DNA of 52,863 nt. It comes from Neoconidiobolus thromboides FSU 785. Lineage: Eukaryota > Fungi > Entomophthoromycota. The stretch covers positions 1 through 52,863 of the forward strand of contig MU626397.1 of the NCBI GenBank assembly GCA_025603075.1, given 5' to 3'. A program made the position numbers and the translations under genes. The notes below the pieces were generated by a model. The model was not told the DNA's origin and ran no database searches. It saw only the letters and a list, made by a program, of their open reading frames with translations. Position 1 is the stretch's first letter. Each line of letters starts with the position of its first letter. Positions 1 to 13,545 of the stretch are shown here, in pieces.

Positions 1-153
1 ATAATTTCTTAAAGTAGCTAAAGCATATAAAAATTTATCTAACTGAGCTTTACTCAATTCTCGAATTTCAGGACGACGTGTTAATTGACTACATTGTTGA
101 GATTCAACAATGGTAAGTAGTAATAAAGAAATAAACAAGACTAGCTTTAACAT
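1..153 (-). CDS. 5' part of a secreted tyrosinase-like (di-copper centre) protein, running off the window
   Basis: Not in ORF track. Manual translation from ATG 153: MLKLVLFISLLLLTIVESQQCSQLTRRPEIRELSKAQLDKFLYALATLRNY. Signal peptide followed by C-x4-R-x-EIRELS-x5-F-x2-A, typical of fungal tyrosinase N-termini. Copper sites lie outside the window. Confidence 0.55.
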   Translation of the reverse strand, partial: MLKLVLFISLLLLTIVESQQCSQLTRRPEIRELSKAQLDKFLYALATLRNY

Positions 154-213
154 TAAGTCAATGTAAATCAAACAAAAAATAAAGTTCTAAGTAAAAGTAA
201 TTTTTATTTATAT

Positions 214-312
214 GGGGATGTATTTTTGTATTTAAGAATCTTACTAACAAATTTTCCGCTTAAATAGCACTTAAAAAATGGAAAAAATAATGAAGTCAAA
301 AAAGACACTCCC
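214..312 (+). mobile_element. MITE family A copy (reference orientation)
   Basis: ATAT|GGGGATGTATTTTTG...ACACTCCC|ATAT; ~15 bp imperfect TIR; ~20 related copies in window. Confidence 0.9.
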
Positions 313-764
313 ATATACTCATTTATTGAACTAAAAATAAATTTGTATTTTTAGAAGTTAAGAGCCATCCTCTCCTTTGTATAACCAAGGCTATAACATT
401 AATATATATCCTTTAGTTAATTGCGATATTACTATTTGTTTATCTTACCTCAGTAGATGAGTTGAGAGATTTAATTATGTATTGATTTTTTACCTCCAAT
501 TACTAAATTAACGGTATCAATAATATAGTTTGCATTTAAGTTCATAAATTATATAGTAAATCCTTTAGTAATAATTGAAACTATTATTTTTTGATTAATA
601 ATAATGGTTATTTATTATTTATTTATTTGTAAATCAAACTAATCTAATCCAATCTCTAATTATTGACTTTCACCTCTCTTTAGTATTGTCATTACTTTTA
701 TTATACTTGAGTTATTTAAAAAAACTAGTTTGGGTTAAATTTAGCCTGTCAAAATCATGTAATC

Positions 765-852
765 ATACTCTTGTTTCATTATTTCGTGGATTTTTTAAGC
801 GCTATTAAGTGAATAAACTATAGTAAAATCCTTGAACAAAAAAGACATATCC
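765..852 (-). mobile_element. MITE family A, degenerate partial copy
   Basis: ttttttaagcgctattaagtg...tagtaaaatccttgaacaaaaaagacatatcc|atat matches the family core. Confidence 0.6.
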
Positions 853-1105
853 ATATGAAAATATTTTTAACAACTGTTCATTTTTACTGCTTTCTTAAAA
901 TTAATTAGCTAATACAACTGTTCAAGCCTGGATGTGTGGTGATACTAACTGTTCACTTTAAAATAAATTTTAGTTATTAAGCTGGAGGCTAGCATGATAA
1001 TACAAACAGTTGGCTATAAAAGTTATCACTAGCTAGTACATATTCGAACTTAAACAGATGTATTGACTGATTAATTTTTAAATTTAAAAATAAAAATGAA
1101 CAATT

Positions 1106-1204
1106 GAGAGTGTTTTTTTTGACTTCATTATTTTTTCCATTTTTTAAGTGCCATTTAAGCCGAAAATTTGTTAGTAAAACTATTAAATACAAAAATACAT
1201 CCCC
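1106..1204 (-). mobile_element. MITE family A copy
   Basis: GAGAGTGTTTTTTTTGAC...ATACATCCCC; flanks do not match each other (aatt/attg). Confidence 0.85.
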
Positions 1205-1492
1205 ATTGGTAAAAATCACTCTCCCATATGTTAAATTATAAAATTAAATTGAAATAATAATTCAATTAATCTTTTTATATCATTTTTTTGAGTCTTCTAT
1301 TATTACTAGAGGCTATACCTATATAACAATATTAATAAAGTAAAATATCCTATATTAATGACAAAACAATAAAGAATAATAGTAAAGAATATTAAAAAAA
1401 TAACTCCTGATTTTTATTCAATTTTAATCAAAATAAATAAATACATATAAATAAAATATCCAGCAATCGATATCTACAAGAATATTAAAATC

Positions 1493-2645
1493 TTAAATTC
1501 TAATTAAAGAATTGGCCATTTTTTCTCTCCATTCACAAATATCAGAAAATTGACAATTACCACATTTATAACTTGCTTCTTCAATATCAGTAACACCAGT
1601 TGGACTTCTCTTTTTAAACAAATAATTAAAAGTATCTTGAATTTTAGTTTCTGTTAAATTACTATCAAATTGAAACTCTATTTCTCCAATACTTTTATTA
1701 CTACTTTGTTCTTCATATTTGATTGTTAATAAATTAGAAGTTATTGGTAACTTGGCGAAATAACTTAACATTATTAAAAATAGTTGCTTTAATGTTACTG
1801 TTTCAAGTATTTGGGTATCCTTAAATATTAATTTAGCTATGTCGTTTTTGATCAATTTGTTAATAAAAATTTTGGATAGTACTGAATCTTGGTTGCAATT
1901 TTTGAATTTAAAATAACTATCAACGTCAAAAAAGAAAGTATCTTTGGCATCTTCACTATTAACATCATTATTATTATGTCCTTTATTTTCATTCATGTTC
2001 ATCATTTGTTTACTGTATTCTATCATTTTATCTAACATTCTTTTATAAATCATTAATTGATATTTATGGTTCCTACTTTGGCCTTCCTTTGGTAATTTTA
2101 AACTATACCTTGTCTTAGTCTCAAATATTTTAATACCAACTTTTTCTTTTTCTATTACATCGATAACCCCAACAATAAACTTTATTTTTTCACTATCACC
2201 CTTTCTTATAAACCCATATATCGGCAATTCTCTACAAATTTCTATTTCATTAAAACAATTAGTGTAATTTTAGAATTTTTTATACAGTAAATTTACTTTT
2301 ATCTAACAAAGTTTGAATCCTAAGGATACAATCGACTAATTTAAGCGCTTCTCTATCTACATAACTATCTGCTTCAATCGGTAAAACATCATGAATTTTC
2401 AATTCTAATTCCAAATGTCTTTTACTTCCCTCTTCCATTATTTTATTTGGTTTTGGTTTTCCATATAAATTAATATAATTATGTTGACATTCACACCATT
2501 CTATTTGTACTAAATTAGTAACCGATAATCGATTTTGTCTAATTTGTTTTCGTTTATTCTTATTTTCAATTTCTTGAATAACTTTTAATAATCCTTCATC
2601 TATACTATCATCACTAATGTATTCAATTTCATTATTATTGTTCAT
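1493..2645 (-). CDS. EXO5: Exonuclease V (Exo5/Dem1), 2 exons
   Basis: LSVTNLVQIEWCECQ, MEEGSKRHLELE, RELPIYG, GVIDVI and C-terminal CGNCQFSDICEW Fe-S motif; intron 2296-2242 joins the two ORFs in frame. Confidence 0.85.
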
Positions 2646-2869
2646 TATCTCAAATTTTAGTTTTAAAAAAGCTAAAGAATAGGAATTACAATTATCTTTG
2701 GCATTTACTAAATTTAAAATTTTCTTAATAAATTCAAATCTCCCATAAAAGTGTACAATTTAGGATCAAAACTAAACCAGCTTACGTTATCTGTCAATAA
2801 ACCTATAAAAGCTATCCAACCCAATTTATAAAGATAAAGTTTCTCAAACTTAAATAACATCTAGCAAAA

Positions 2870-3316
2870 ATGGAACAAACTTATATCATGGTCAAACCCG
2901 ATGGTGTCCAACGTGGTCTCGTTGGTGAAATCATTAAACGTTTTGAAAACCGTGGTTTTCAATTATTAGCTCTTCAATTATTGACCCCAACCCGTCAACA
3001 TTTAGAAAATCACTATTCTGATTTATCTTCCAAGCCATTCTTCCCATCTTTAATTGACTATATGCTTAGTGGCCCAGTTGTTGGTATGGTTTGGTCCGGT
3101 AAAAACGTTGTTAAGACCGGTCGTGTCATGTTAGGTGAAACTAACCCATTAGCTTCTGCCCCAGGTACCATCCGTGGTGATTATGCTATCGATGTAGGAA
3201 GAAACATTTGCCATGGTTCTGACTCTGTCGAATCTGCCCAAAAAGAAATTGCTCTCTGGTTTCCCAATGGTGTTGCCAGCTATCAATCTCCATTGGCCAA
3301 GCTCGTCTACGAGTAA
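2870..3316 (+). CDS. NDK1: Nucleoside diphosphate kinase
   Basis: [30 protein letters not shown] catalytic His; intronless; biased codon usage. Confidence 0.98.
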   Translation: MEQTYIMVKPDGVQRGLVGEIIKRFENRGFQLLALQLLTPTRQHLENHYSDLSSKPFFPSLIDYMLSGPVVGMVWSGKNVVKTGRVMLGETNPLASAPGTIRGDYAIDVGRNICHGSDSVESAQKEIALWFPNGVASYQSPLAKLVYE

Positions 3317-3685
3317 ACTTTAATAAAGTTTATATTTGTATAATTTAAAAACATCAAGACTTTAAAATTGTTATTTATATTACTTTAATTCCCTTTTATA
3401 CTTTTTCTCCTAATGGATTTTTTGATCATGAAAGGATAATCTGGGATGCTATTAAACATTATAATATACATGAGGGTGTCTTTGTTTTGATGTTTGACTA
3501 ATATTTTTTTCAGAGTTTATATATGAAAATTACCATATAAATAAGCCCAAAAAAGATATTTATTAAATTATAGATCTTATTTAAAATAATATAAACATAA
3601 AGAATAAATAAATATAACATTTTAAAAAAAAGAGTACAATAATTTCTATTATAATAATATTTTTACTAAACATATCAATTCTGAT

Positions 3686-5506
<1,821 letters not shown>

Positions 5507-6146
5507 TTTTTTGTTAAGTGGATTAAAAATGGATCTGTGTTTTTTTTGAATTTTTTTATTTTGTTTTTGAGTTTTTGATTATGCAAAAGAATTTTGGATT
5601 TTAAATGTTTTTAAAATTGGTTTAGTTAGGTAAATTATAAATATAATTTTTATCAAGAAATTAGAATTAAAATTAAAAATGTTAACAAAAGTTTAACATA
5701 CTGTTTTTTTGTAAATAAAATATTTACTTCTGTAGTTAAATAGATGATATGTGCTACTGGGCTATAACTTATTTATAATTAATAGAAAGCATAATACAAT
5801 AAATCTCGCTATAAAACCTTAATTTGAATTATTATTAGATAAGTAATTATTTAATGTATTATATAAAATAGTAGTGATATATATTTTATTTCAAAATAGT
5901 ATTTTATCATATTAGACAAAAACAAATTATTTTAATAATCTAAATAACAAAATAAAACGTTAAGTAAAATTAGTTATACTAAAAAACATAAAATTTGATT
6001 TAAAAATTTTTAATAAAAAAATCTTGTTGATTAAGAGGTAAATCTAATAAATTTTAAAACTAAATAAAAACATTGACCTTAATTATATATAAACATTAAA
6101 CATAATATTAAATTACCTATCCTAAGCTTTTATTGTAAGCTCCAAT

Positions 6147-7054
6147 TTAACCAATAATGAGTTTACCCTCAGCATCATTGAAATTATATTCTGGAATTTC
6201 TAAATTTAATGGGGCAGGACCTTGACGAATACGTCCAGAAATATCATAATGAGAACCATGACAAGGGCAATACCATCCACCAAAATCACCAGCTTCACCT
6301 AATGGCACACATCCTAAATGAGTACAGATACCTAACATAACTAACCATTCTGGACGTTTAGCACGATCAGCATCCGATTGAGGATCACGTAAAGTAGAGA
6401 CATCAATATTGTTAGCATCTTCAATTTCATCAGCAGTACGATGACGAATGAAGACTGGTTTACCACGCCATTTAATTACTAAATTTTTACCTTCTGGGAT
6501 AGCGTTCATGTCAATTTCAACTTTAGCTAAAGCCAACACATCAGCTGAAGCAGCCATATTTGCTAAGAAATCTTGAACAGTATTTTTAGCAGCAGCAGCA
6601 GCTAATACACCAGTACTTCCTACCATAAAATAGCTAAAGGTACGGTTAGCAAAGTCTCCAGAGAAATTACGATAATCATCAAAGTTAGGGATTTTAGTAG
6701 TATCTTGAGCAACAACTGGGGCGGTAGAAAATAGTCTTCTTTGGTTGACAAAGTTAGCGGAAGCTAAAAAAAATTGAAATTAATATTTTTGTTTATAATT
6801 TTTATCTTCATTTTCTTGTTTTTAATTATTGTAATGTAGTGAAATGTACCAGTATAATATTTGTTGACTACATCTCCATTGGTATTTGTAGAGTTGTTAT
6901 AACCCCACTCCTTAGCATTTAATGAAGTTTTACCTAAACTTGGAACTACTTGTGTCGCCTTTTTAGACCAAGCACTTTTGGTTAATGGAGAAGTATGAAC
7001 AGTGCTGTTAACCAGGTTGGTAGAAAGCTTTGAAAATAATGAGTTGGCAGTCAT
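6147..7054 (-). CDS. RIP1: Ubiquinol-cytochrome c reductase Rieske Fe-S subunit, 2 exons
   Basis: CTHLGCVP and CPCHGSHY boxes, GPAPLNL; intron 6849-6764 links the mitochondrial leader exon. Confidence 0.97.
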
Positions 7055-7227
7055 TTTATTGGCTTTAATTTTCTTTAATGAACTATTAATTTATTGACAT
7101 TGAATATTATAATATTTAATTTACTTTTAATTACTTTGAACTAAAGTTTCGATGCTAAAATTAATTAGATTATCTTTGATTGCTATCTTTTAGGATTGAA
7201 TGAATGTTAAATTTAAAGTCAATGTTG

Positions 7228-7359
7228 ATTGGCTGATTAAATCAGCTCCATTTTTTTGATTTTAAAAATTGATTTGATTAAATCTAAAAAATCATCATGG
7301 AATTTCGATACTCCAATCAGAGCCAATAAAATAGCTATAACGCTCCATTGTCTACCAAT
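7228..7359. promoter_or_regulatory. CCAAT-box cluster upstream of RIP1
   Basis: ATTGG 7228 and CCAAT at 7313, 7323, 7355 within ~135 bp upstream of a respiratory gene; HAP/NF-Y binding is inferred. Confidence 0.4.
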
Positions 7360-8082
7360 CATATCGGTAGGGTTTAATATAAAGGCGGATGGAATAAGCA
7401 TAGACTAATTATGGGATTATCTTGTCAAAGAGTAATAGAAGAGTATTATTATCCATATAGTATATATTTGATATAATATTACATTCATTTTTAAAAACAA
7501 AATTCTCATTTGTATAATATATTTAAATGGTTCATAATTACTATTTTGGTTTAGAAGATTTTTTCATGCTTTAGACAAATCAAGGACTCTATGTCTTAGT
7601 ATTAAAGATGTTTATTATTCAACGTTTTGAACCAAACAGACGTTTTTTTGCTTAATTCTCAATGAAAATATTTATCTTTTAAATAGCCTAAAAAGTGAAC
7701 AAAATAGTTTGATGAGAATCACATTCCTGTATGAGGCTCTATATCAAAGCAAAGCGGGTAATGGTTTGAATTTTTCTCTTTAGCCATAAATGACTATGCC
7801 TATGTTATTTATTTAGGATTTAGTATTTTTATGTTAAGAAACTTCAATAACCAATATATATTACGCCAAAAAAACTCTATGCTAAAGCTAAGTTAAAAAG
7901 TTGCTCAAATGCATTAAAAACATGACGTTAGCAAAATTTATCAATGACTCTACTTTCGGTATTAATATGATAAAAGTATTTAATGACTATAACATCTATA
8001 AAAAATCAATATCTGAAAAATTACCAACTTAAAATAGTCAATTCCATATTAACTTCTTTTTTACTTTATATTCTTAAAAAAA

Positions 8083-8528
8083 TTATTGGGCATCTTTACG
8101 AGAAGAAACATATTTAATAGCGTCTTGAACGGATCTAATTTCATCAGCATCATGGTCTGGAATTTCAATAGAAAACTCCTCTTCAATAGCCATAACAACT
8201 TCAACATTATCTAAACTATCTAATTTAAGATCTTTAGTGAAATGAGCTTCAGGTGTAATCTAAAAAATTCATATTAATTTTTACAGTAAAAAAAGATGAA
8301 ATAGTAACTTACACTTTTAGCATCGATCTTTTCATAACTTTCTAATACTTTAAAAATACGACTCTGGATATCGTTAGTGCTTAAACCAGCATCAGTACTA
8401 TAAGCTCTTAAACTAACTGGAGCTAATCTTGTTGGATTATAAACTTTAAAGCTAGCTCTGTTTAAATTGGCTACTTTAGTTACGTTAATTCTTTGACTAA
8501 TAGCTTTGAGTGAACGTACAAATGACAT
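8083..8528 (-). CDS. ACP1: Mitochondrial acyl carrier protein (NDUFAB1-like), 2 exons
   Basis: Arg/Ser-rich presequence; exon 2 [41 protein letters not shown] with the phosphopantetheine Ser. Confidence 0.95.
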
Positions 8529-8776
8529 TTTAATTTTAGTATTTTATAAAAATTAAACTTTTATTTGAAATCCTTGATCGATGTTATAGCTCTTAGTTGC
8601 TGTGTTAACCAATAATCGTTGCCAATTATATTTTAAAATTATTCACCATTTGTTAAAGATGATCAAATCAAATCGTAGAATTGAATCTATGGGATTTTCT
8701 CAAAAAGTACAACCAAAAGCCTAAAACAAACTAATGACATCACGCGATGTAATGGTTTTACAGTATTTTATTGAAA

Positions 8777-9013
8777 ATGTTGTGTAAAAGGTGTCATGTC
8801 GAATACAAACAAGAAGAAAACAAACCCGATTCTTGCCGGTTTCATAGTGACTTATTCGTTTGTAGGCCCCATCCTGCCGACCATTATGTATATGAAATTG
8901 ATGATAGTAAGTTAGATGAAATGAAGGATTGGGAAGCTAAATTTTGGGATTGTTGTGGTAGAGAAGACGAATATGCTGAAGGTTGTAAAACTTCGTTTCA
9001 TGTTCCTTATTAG
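8777..9013 (+). CDS. Small Cys/His-rich putative zinc-binding protein (single CHORD-like domain), 78 aa
   Basis: ATG at 8777; CxxC...N-x4-CRFH...FWDCCG...GCxxxxH pattern; GC above background; divergent from ACP1. Confidence 0.7.
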   Translation: MLCKRCHVEYKQEENKPDSCRFHSDLFVCRPHPADHYVYEIDDSKLDEMKDWEAKFWDCCGREDEYAEGCKTSFHVPY

Positions 9014-9490
9014 TGATTTTTGGCTATCTGTATGCTTTTAGTACTTATTAATTATTTACTTTTTAATGCTTTTTATCAAATTGTTAATATTTTAAATAAA
9101 TCTTTTTCGGTTATCTTCATTTTTATTAACTGCTATATATCATGCTATAAAATGACACTGTATTAGATTCTACTCTATTTTGCCTAAATTGCTAGAAGCT
9201 ATGCTTAGAATTTAAATGAGTTTAAAACTTTATAGCATATATTAAGTATCTTTATCTTTATAGGCTTAATTTTAAATTAACTTCAAATTTTCAGTAGTAT
9301 AGCTTTTGTTATGTAAAAGGTATTATAAATTTTTAGTATTTTTATTTTCAATAAGTAACTATGTCTATAACTTTGATAATTTATCTTTTTGGACTTAAAA
9401 TTTAAATCTAGTTTCAGCCTATTAAAACTATAAAAACTAAGAACAAAGAGTATAAAAGCATCTTTTTTAAACAAATTTTAATCTAGTAAA

Positions 9491-10633
9491 ATGAGCCTTG
9501 CTATTAACAAAAAAGAAAAAGAGAATGAAATACCCAAAATACCCATAGAAAGTTACAATGATATCAATTATATCCTTGGTAATTTACACCGGAAAACAAT
9601 TGAGTTAGTAAAAGAAGAATTACCAGACGCGAAAGAAAATGATCTGGATTATGGGGTTAGTTGTAAACTATTAAAAAAGGTGAGTCAAATAAAAGCCAAA
9701 ATAATTTTAAGTTAATGACGATGTACTGTAGTGGATATCAGCAGTAATAGAGTCATGCGGTAAAAACGTATTAGTAAACGGTATGGAATTCGATAGAAAT
9801 AAGATTGGAGCGGACAGTAATATTTTCTTACAATTTTTGAATATTAACTTTAATCTACTTTAGGGTATGAACCATTTGATGAAGAGCTTCAAAATGAAGT
9901 CGAAAGACTACAATTTAAAAGGGACATGCTGTTAGCTAAAGTTTGTTCTAAACGTAAAAGCATTTCTCAACAGTTTGAACAGAATGTTAAGAAATTGTTG
10001 ACATTGGAGGTTAAAGAAGTTCGTGAGTTAAATCCTTTAGAAGCTTTGCCTGAAATTAAAAATATACCTTCAATAAAAGGCTTAGATCAAATGAGTATTG
10101 TTTATATTATTGTTGATACTCATTATTTATTTTTAATTATAGCACCTATTGTAATAAATGAACGAACTAAAGAAACGATTAAAAAGATAAGAGTTAAAAT
10201 GGAAAAGCTATATGAGGTAAATAAATTATAATAACATTTTACATAATATAAACCTTCTTAAAAGAACATACCAGAAACAAAAAGGAATTTAGCAGATACA
10301 GTACAAACCCTTAAAGATATACGACATAGCAATGAGCTACGTAAACGTATGGAAAACTATTCACAGCTTGAACCGGAAGAATTAAGAGAATATTACAATC
10401 CAAAGGCCGATATCGTTACTTTTGAAGACCCTTATATGGACATTGAAGCAATCGATTTTAAAAAAATGCAGGATTTGGAAGAAACTAAAATGGAGGTTAC
10501 TGGTTCTGTAGCCCCTACCCTTTCAACTCGCTACCTTCATAAGCTAAATACTAGGTTAAGGAGACGAAGTCTGTCATTTAGTGGTATAAATATCGATACT
10601 GATCCTGAAACTAAAGAAGATAGCAATCAATAA
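9491..10633 (+). CDS. NSL1: Kinetochore Mis14/Nsl1-like protein, about 5 exons
   Basis: PKIPIESYNDINYILGNL, NVLVNGME and YEPFDEELQNEVERL..LLAKVCSKRK resemble the fungal Mis14 family from memory; four GT-AG introns join the three ORFs. Confidence 0.6.
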
Positions 10634-11118
10634 GTAAGAATTACTTCTATTTATTTTAAATAAACTACAAATATATTTAATAATATGTAAAAACTATTTT
10701 CAGTTTTGATCTTTGAAAAGGTATATAGTAAAATACACTATCAACAATCAAAATAATCGAATTTCACTTATCTGGCCCTGTAATTTAAGTTACGTAGCTA
10801 GTATATTAATGTGGAAAAAAAGACCAATATAAGTGTTCCCTGATATTAAATCAATTATTCAAATCCTTTTTATGACAATTAATAGTTACAATAAACGCTA
10901 TAAACACTTGTTTTAAATAACTCTACTGATATAGTTAAAAAAACCAACATAACGCATGATACTAATATCAAACTGCTCAAAAAATAGGAAATACTTTCAA
11001 AAAACCATTTCTATATTATTTTTAAAATAAACGTCTTTATGACTACTTTCTAAATTTAATTTTTACAAAGGCTAGAAATCCACTTTACAAATCCACTTTA
11101 TAAATATTAAATCATCCT

Positions 11119-12204
11119 TTATTGTCCTTGAGCTGGAGCAACTTCCTCATTGTTGGTTAACTCTGCAAATTCGGAAGCATGATTTTGGACCTTATTATCA
11201 ATTAAATTATGTAAAGCAATAATTGAGCGAACCAAAGAAGCAAGGTATATCAATAAAGCATGGTCATTTGTTTTTCTAGTAATAGAAGTAGCGATTGCAC
11301 CAAGGTCGATATTTGGAAGCAAAGAAAAAATAGTTTGTAAATTAGTTAATATTGCTTGATTTGGTGGAAGTGCACCTTCTTCGACCCTTTTAATATAATT
11401 ACTGATCTCTGTTAATCGATTGTGAAGTCCTTGCAAAGAACGCACTTGTCCAGTAAGTCGAGTTGAAAGGGATCCTACTGCATTATCTTTAATATCACGT
11501 AGAAGGTGTTCTACACCTATTTCCTCTGCTTCTTCTGCACCGATTGATGAAGGGATATGAGTAAATGTTTTACTGGCTGATTTTCCATCCTAAAATTGTC
11601 AAAATTAAAAAGAAAGTATCAAGTAAAAGCTTACTTGCAAAATTTCTTCGACCGAAAAATAGGCATTAATGGGTATAGTTGCAGTAGTAGGCTTTACATC
11701 AACAATGATTAATACTGGATTACTCGTGTAGCGTTTAAATAAATCATTTATCATCAAATCAGAAGAACGAAGTTTGGGTCCAGTATGATACCACCCAATC
11801 ATTTTTTCTTTAGCTATAAAATATTTAGGAAAAACATCTAACGGTTGATACTTAATAAATTACCATTAACTTTTCTAAACATAGCATCCATATTTTCTAC
11901 ATAATTATGGTCCAAAAACCAAACTGAAGGATCTTTTTCATCCTCTTCAAATGGAACTAATTTAAAAAATAAATAAATCATAGCAATAAAATACTCTTTT
12001 TGATTTACCAGCGAATGAATTAGCTACATTTACTTGACCACCGTCAAACTGTCCTAATAAAATCCCAACCACTCTTTTGCGAGTGTTTTTAGCAGAGCGG
12101 TTGTAATGATCTACTACTGAAAGCAATACTAATGGATGAACAATGACCTCCGTTGGTGTTGGCGCGCTTATATTTAATAATCCAATTTCACGATTTTCTC
12201 CCAT
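11119..12204 (-). CDS. RPN8: 26S proteasome lid subunit Rpn8/PSMD7, multi-exon
   Basis: [86 protein letters not shown]. Confidence 0.96.
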
Positions 12205-12384
12205 TTTATTGTACAACTAAAAAACAATCTTTGTAAATATCTAGTTTAATAAGCTGATACACTATAAACTCAATGTTAAGCTGTGGTTGGTTAAATATAG
12301 CCTTATAGCCAATAACATTAAAAATTGCTTTTAGGATGACGTTTTAGAAATTTCTTATAATCAGTGACGAATAGAGACTAAGCA

Positions 12385-12422
12385 TCCCACAATGAAAATT
12401 TGCACACAAAGTTACTATTTAA
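12385..12422 (+). promoter_or_regulatory. Candidate upstream (type-3-like) Pol III promoter elements for RNase P RNA
   Basis: TCCCACAATG (12385-94), ATTTGCAC (12398-405), TATTTAA (12416-22, ~32 nt before P1); motif resemblance only. Confidence 0.3.
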
Positions 12423-12447
12423 GGCAAGCACTCTCTTATTAAACTTT

Positions 12448-12734
12448 GAGTCACTTAAAAGCTTACATGTTTGGGTATACTAGATCAGGATTTAGTCCTG
12501 CAATTAAGTCCCAAGGGAAGGTCTGAGAAAAGCCGCCAATTATAACTTGTTATATTTGGACTCTCGAGAGGAGACAGTGTTATTAACATAACCTTGTGCA
12601 AAAAGTAAGCTGCTTGCGAGTTGAAACGATGTACAAGGGGCAATGCTTTAACGCATTTAGTGTAATTTGTAAGGCAACTGATAAGCTTATCCTTATCGGT
12701 TGTAACTCAATTCAGACTACTCTTTGAGTGACTC
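12448..12734 (+). ncRNA. RPR1: Nuclear RNase P RNA
   Basis: CR-I GGGAAGGTCTGAG (12515-27) and CR-V AACTCAATTCAGACTACTCT (12704-23) form P4 (GTCTGA/TCAGAC). P1 GAGTCACTTAAA/TTTGAGTGACTC; P2 CTTACA/TGTAAG; P3 TTGGG..CCCAA; P19 CAACTGATAAG..CTTATCGGTTG. Locally raised GC. Confidence 0.9.
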
Positions 12735-12770
12735 CATAATAATATTTACAGAAATTTTGACTTTATTGGC

Positions 12771-12776
12771 TTTTTT
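12771..12776 (+). terminator. Candidate Pol III terminator (T6)
   Basis: First T6 run, ~36 nt after the P1 3' strand; T runs are common in this AT-rich DNA. Confidence 0.4.
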
Positions 12777-13346
12777 ATACAACTTGCTTTTTTATTTTAT
12801 AAATGGTGTAACGTTTACATCTGGTCTTAAATTTTCTTTCACTTACAATTATTTTAAAATCATGAGTTAAATATAAATGCTACAAAAACAACTGTTTATT
12901 TAATCGATATCAGGCTAATCTATATTGGATGACACTTTTTTCATTTTTCTATCCACTTTTGACATAGTGTAAACTAAGAAGCATTATTAATGAAATATTG
13001 TAACAAACATTTATAGTGTAAATTACAGATTCAAACTAAAATATAGAATTCTATTTTATTTTGGCCAAGTTTTTAACTTAAATAGAGCTTGCAATCCCAT
13101 GATCATTAGATTAGTTTTGTAGCTTAGCTTTAAGTATAAAGTAGCAATACAGTATCTTTAAGTTTCATAAGATAATCCTTATTAGCAATTCATGAATATA
13201 GTTAATATTTGAATTCAATGATGTTTTGAAACTTTATACTAGATATTTTAAAAAATGTATATTAAATCAGAGAGTTCAAATTAAGCAATTTTTAGAGTTT
13301 CTGAATTTGATAAAACTATGTTAGGTTTTAGTTCTTATAAGGATAT

Positions 13347-13444
13347 GGGGATGTATTCTTTCGCTTAAGAATCTTACTACCAATTTTTCCGCTCAAATAG
13401 CGCTTAAAAAATAGAAAAAGTAATGAAGCCAAAAAAACATATCC
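13347..13444 (+). mobile_element. MITE family A copy (first of a head-to-tail pair)
   Basis: ATAT|GGGGATG...CATATCC|ATAT; right ATAT shared with the next copy. Confidence 0.9.
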
Positions 13445-13448
13445 ATAT

Positions 13449-13545
13449 GGGGATGTATTTTTGTATTTAAGAATTTTACTAACGAATTTTCCGCTTAAAT
13501 AGTGCTTAAAAAATGGAAAAAATAGAAGTCAAAAAAAACACTCCC
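13449..13545 (+). mobile_element. MITE family A copy (second of a head-to-tail pair)
   Basis: ATAT|GGGGATG...ACTCCC|ATAT. Confidence 0.9.

Noticed and set aside
989-1219. 76 aa ORF (likewise 21893-22162, 25846-26055, 27158-27340, 27163-27381)
   Set aside because: Reading frames run through MITE copies and low-complexity AT-rich flanks; no independent coding signal
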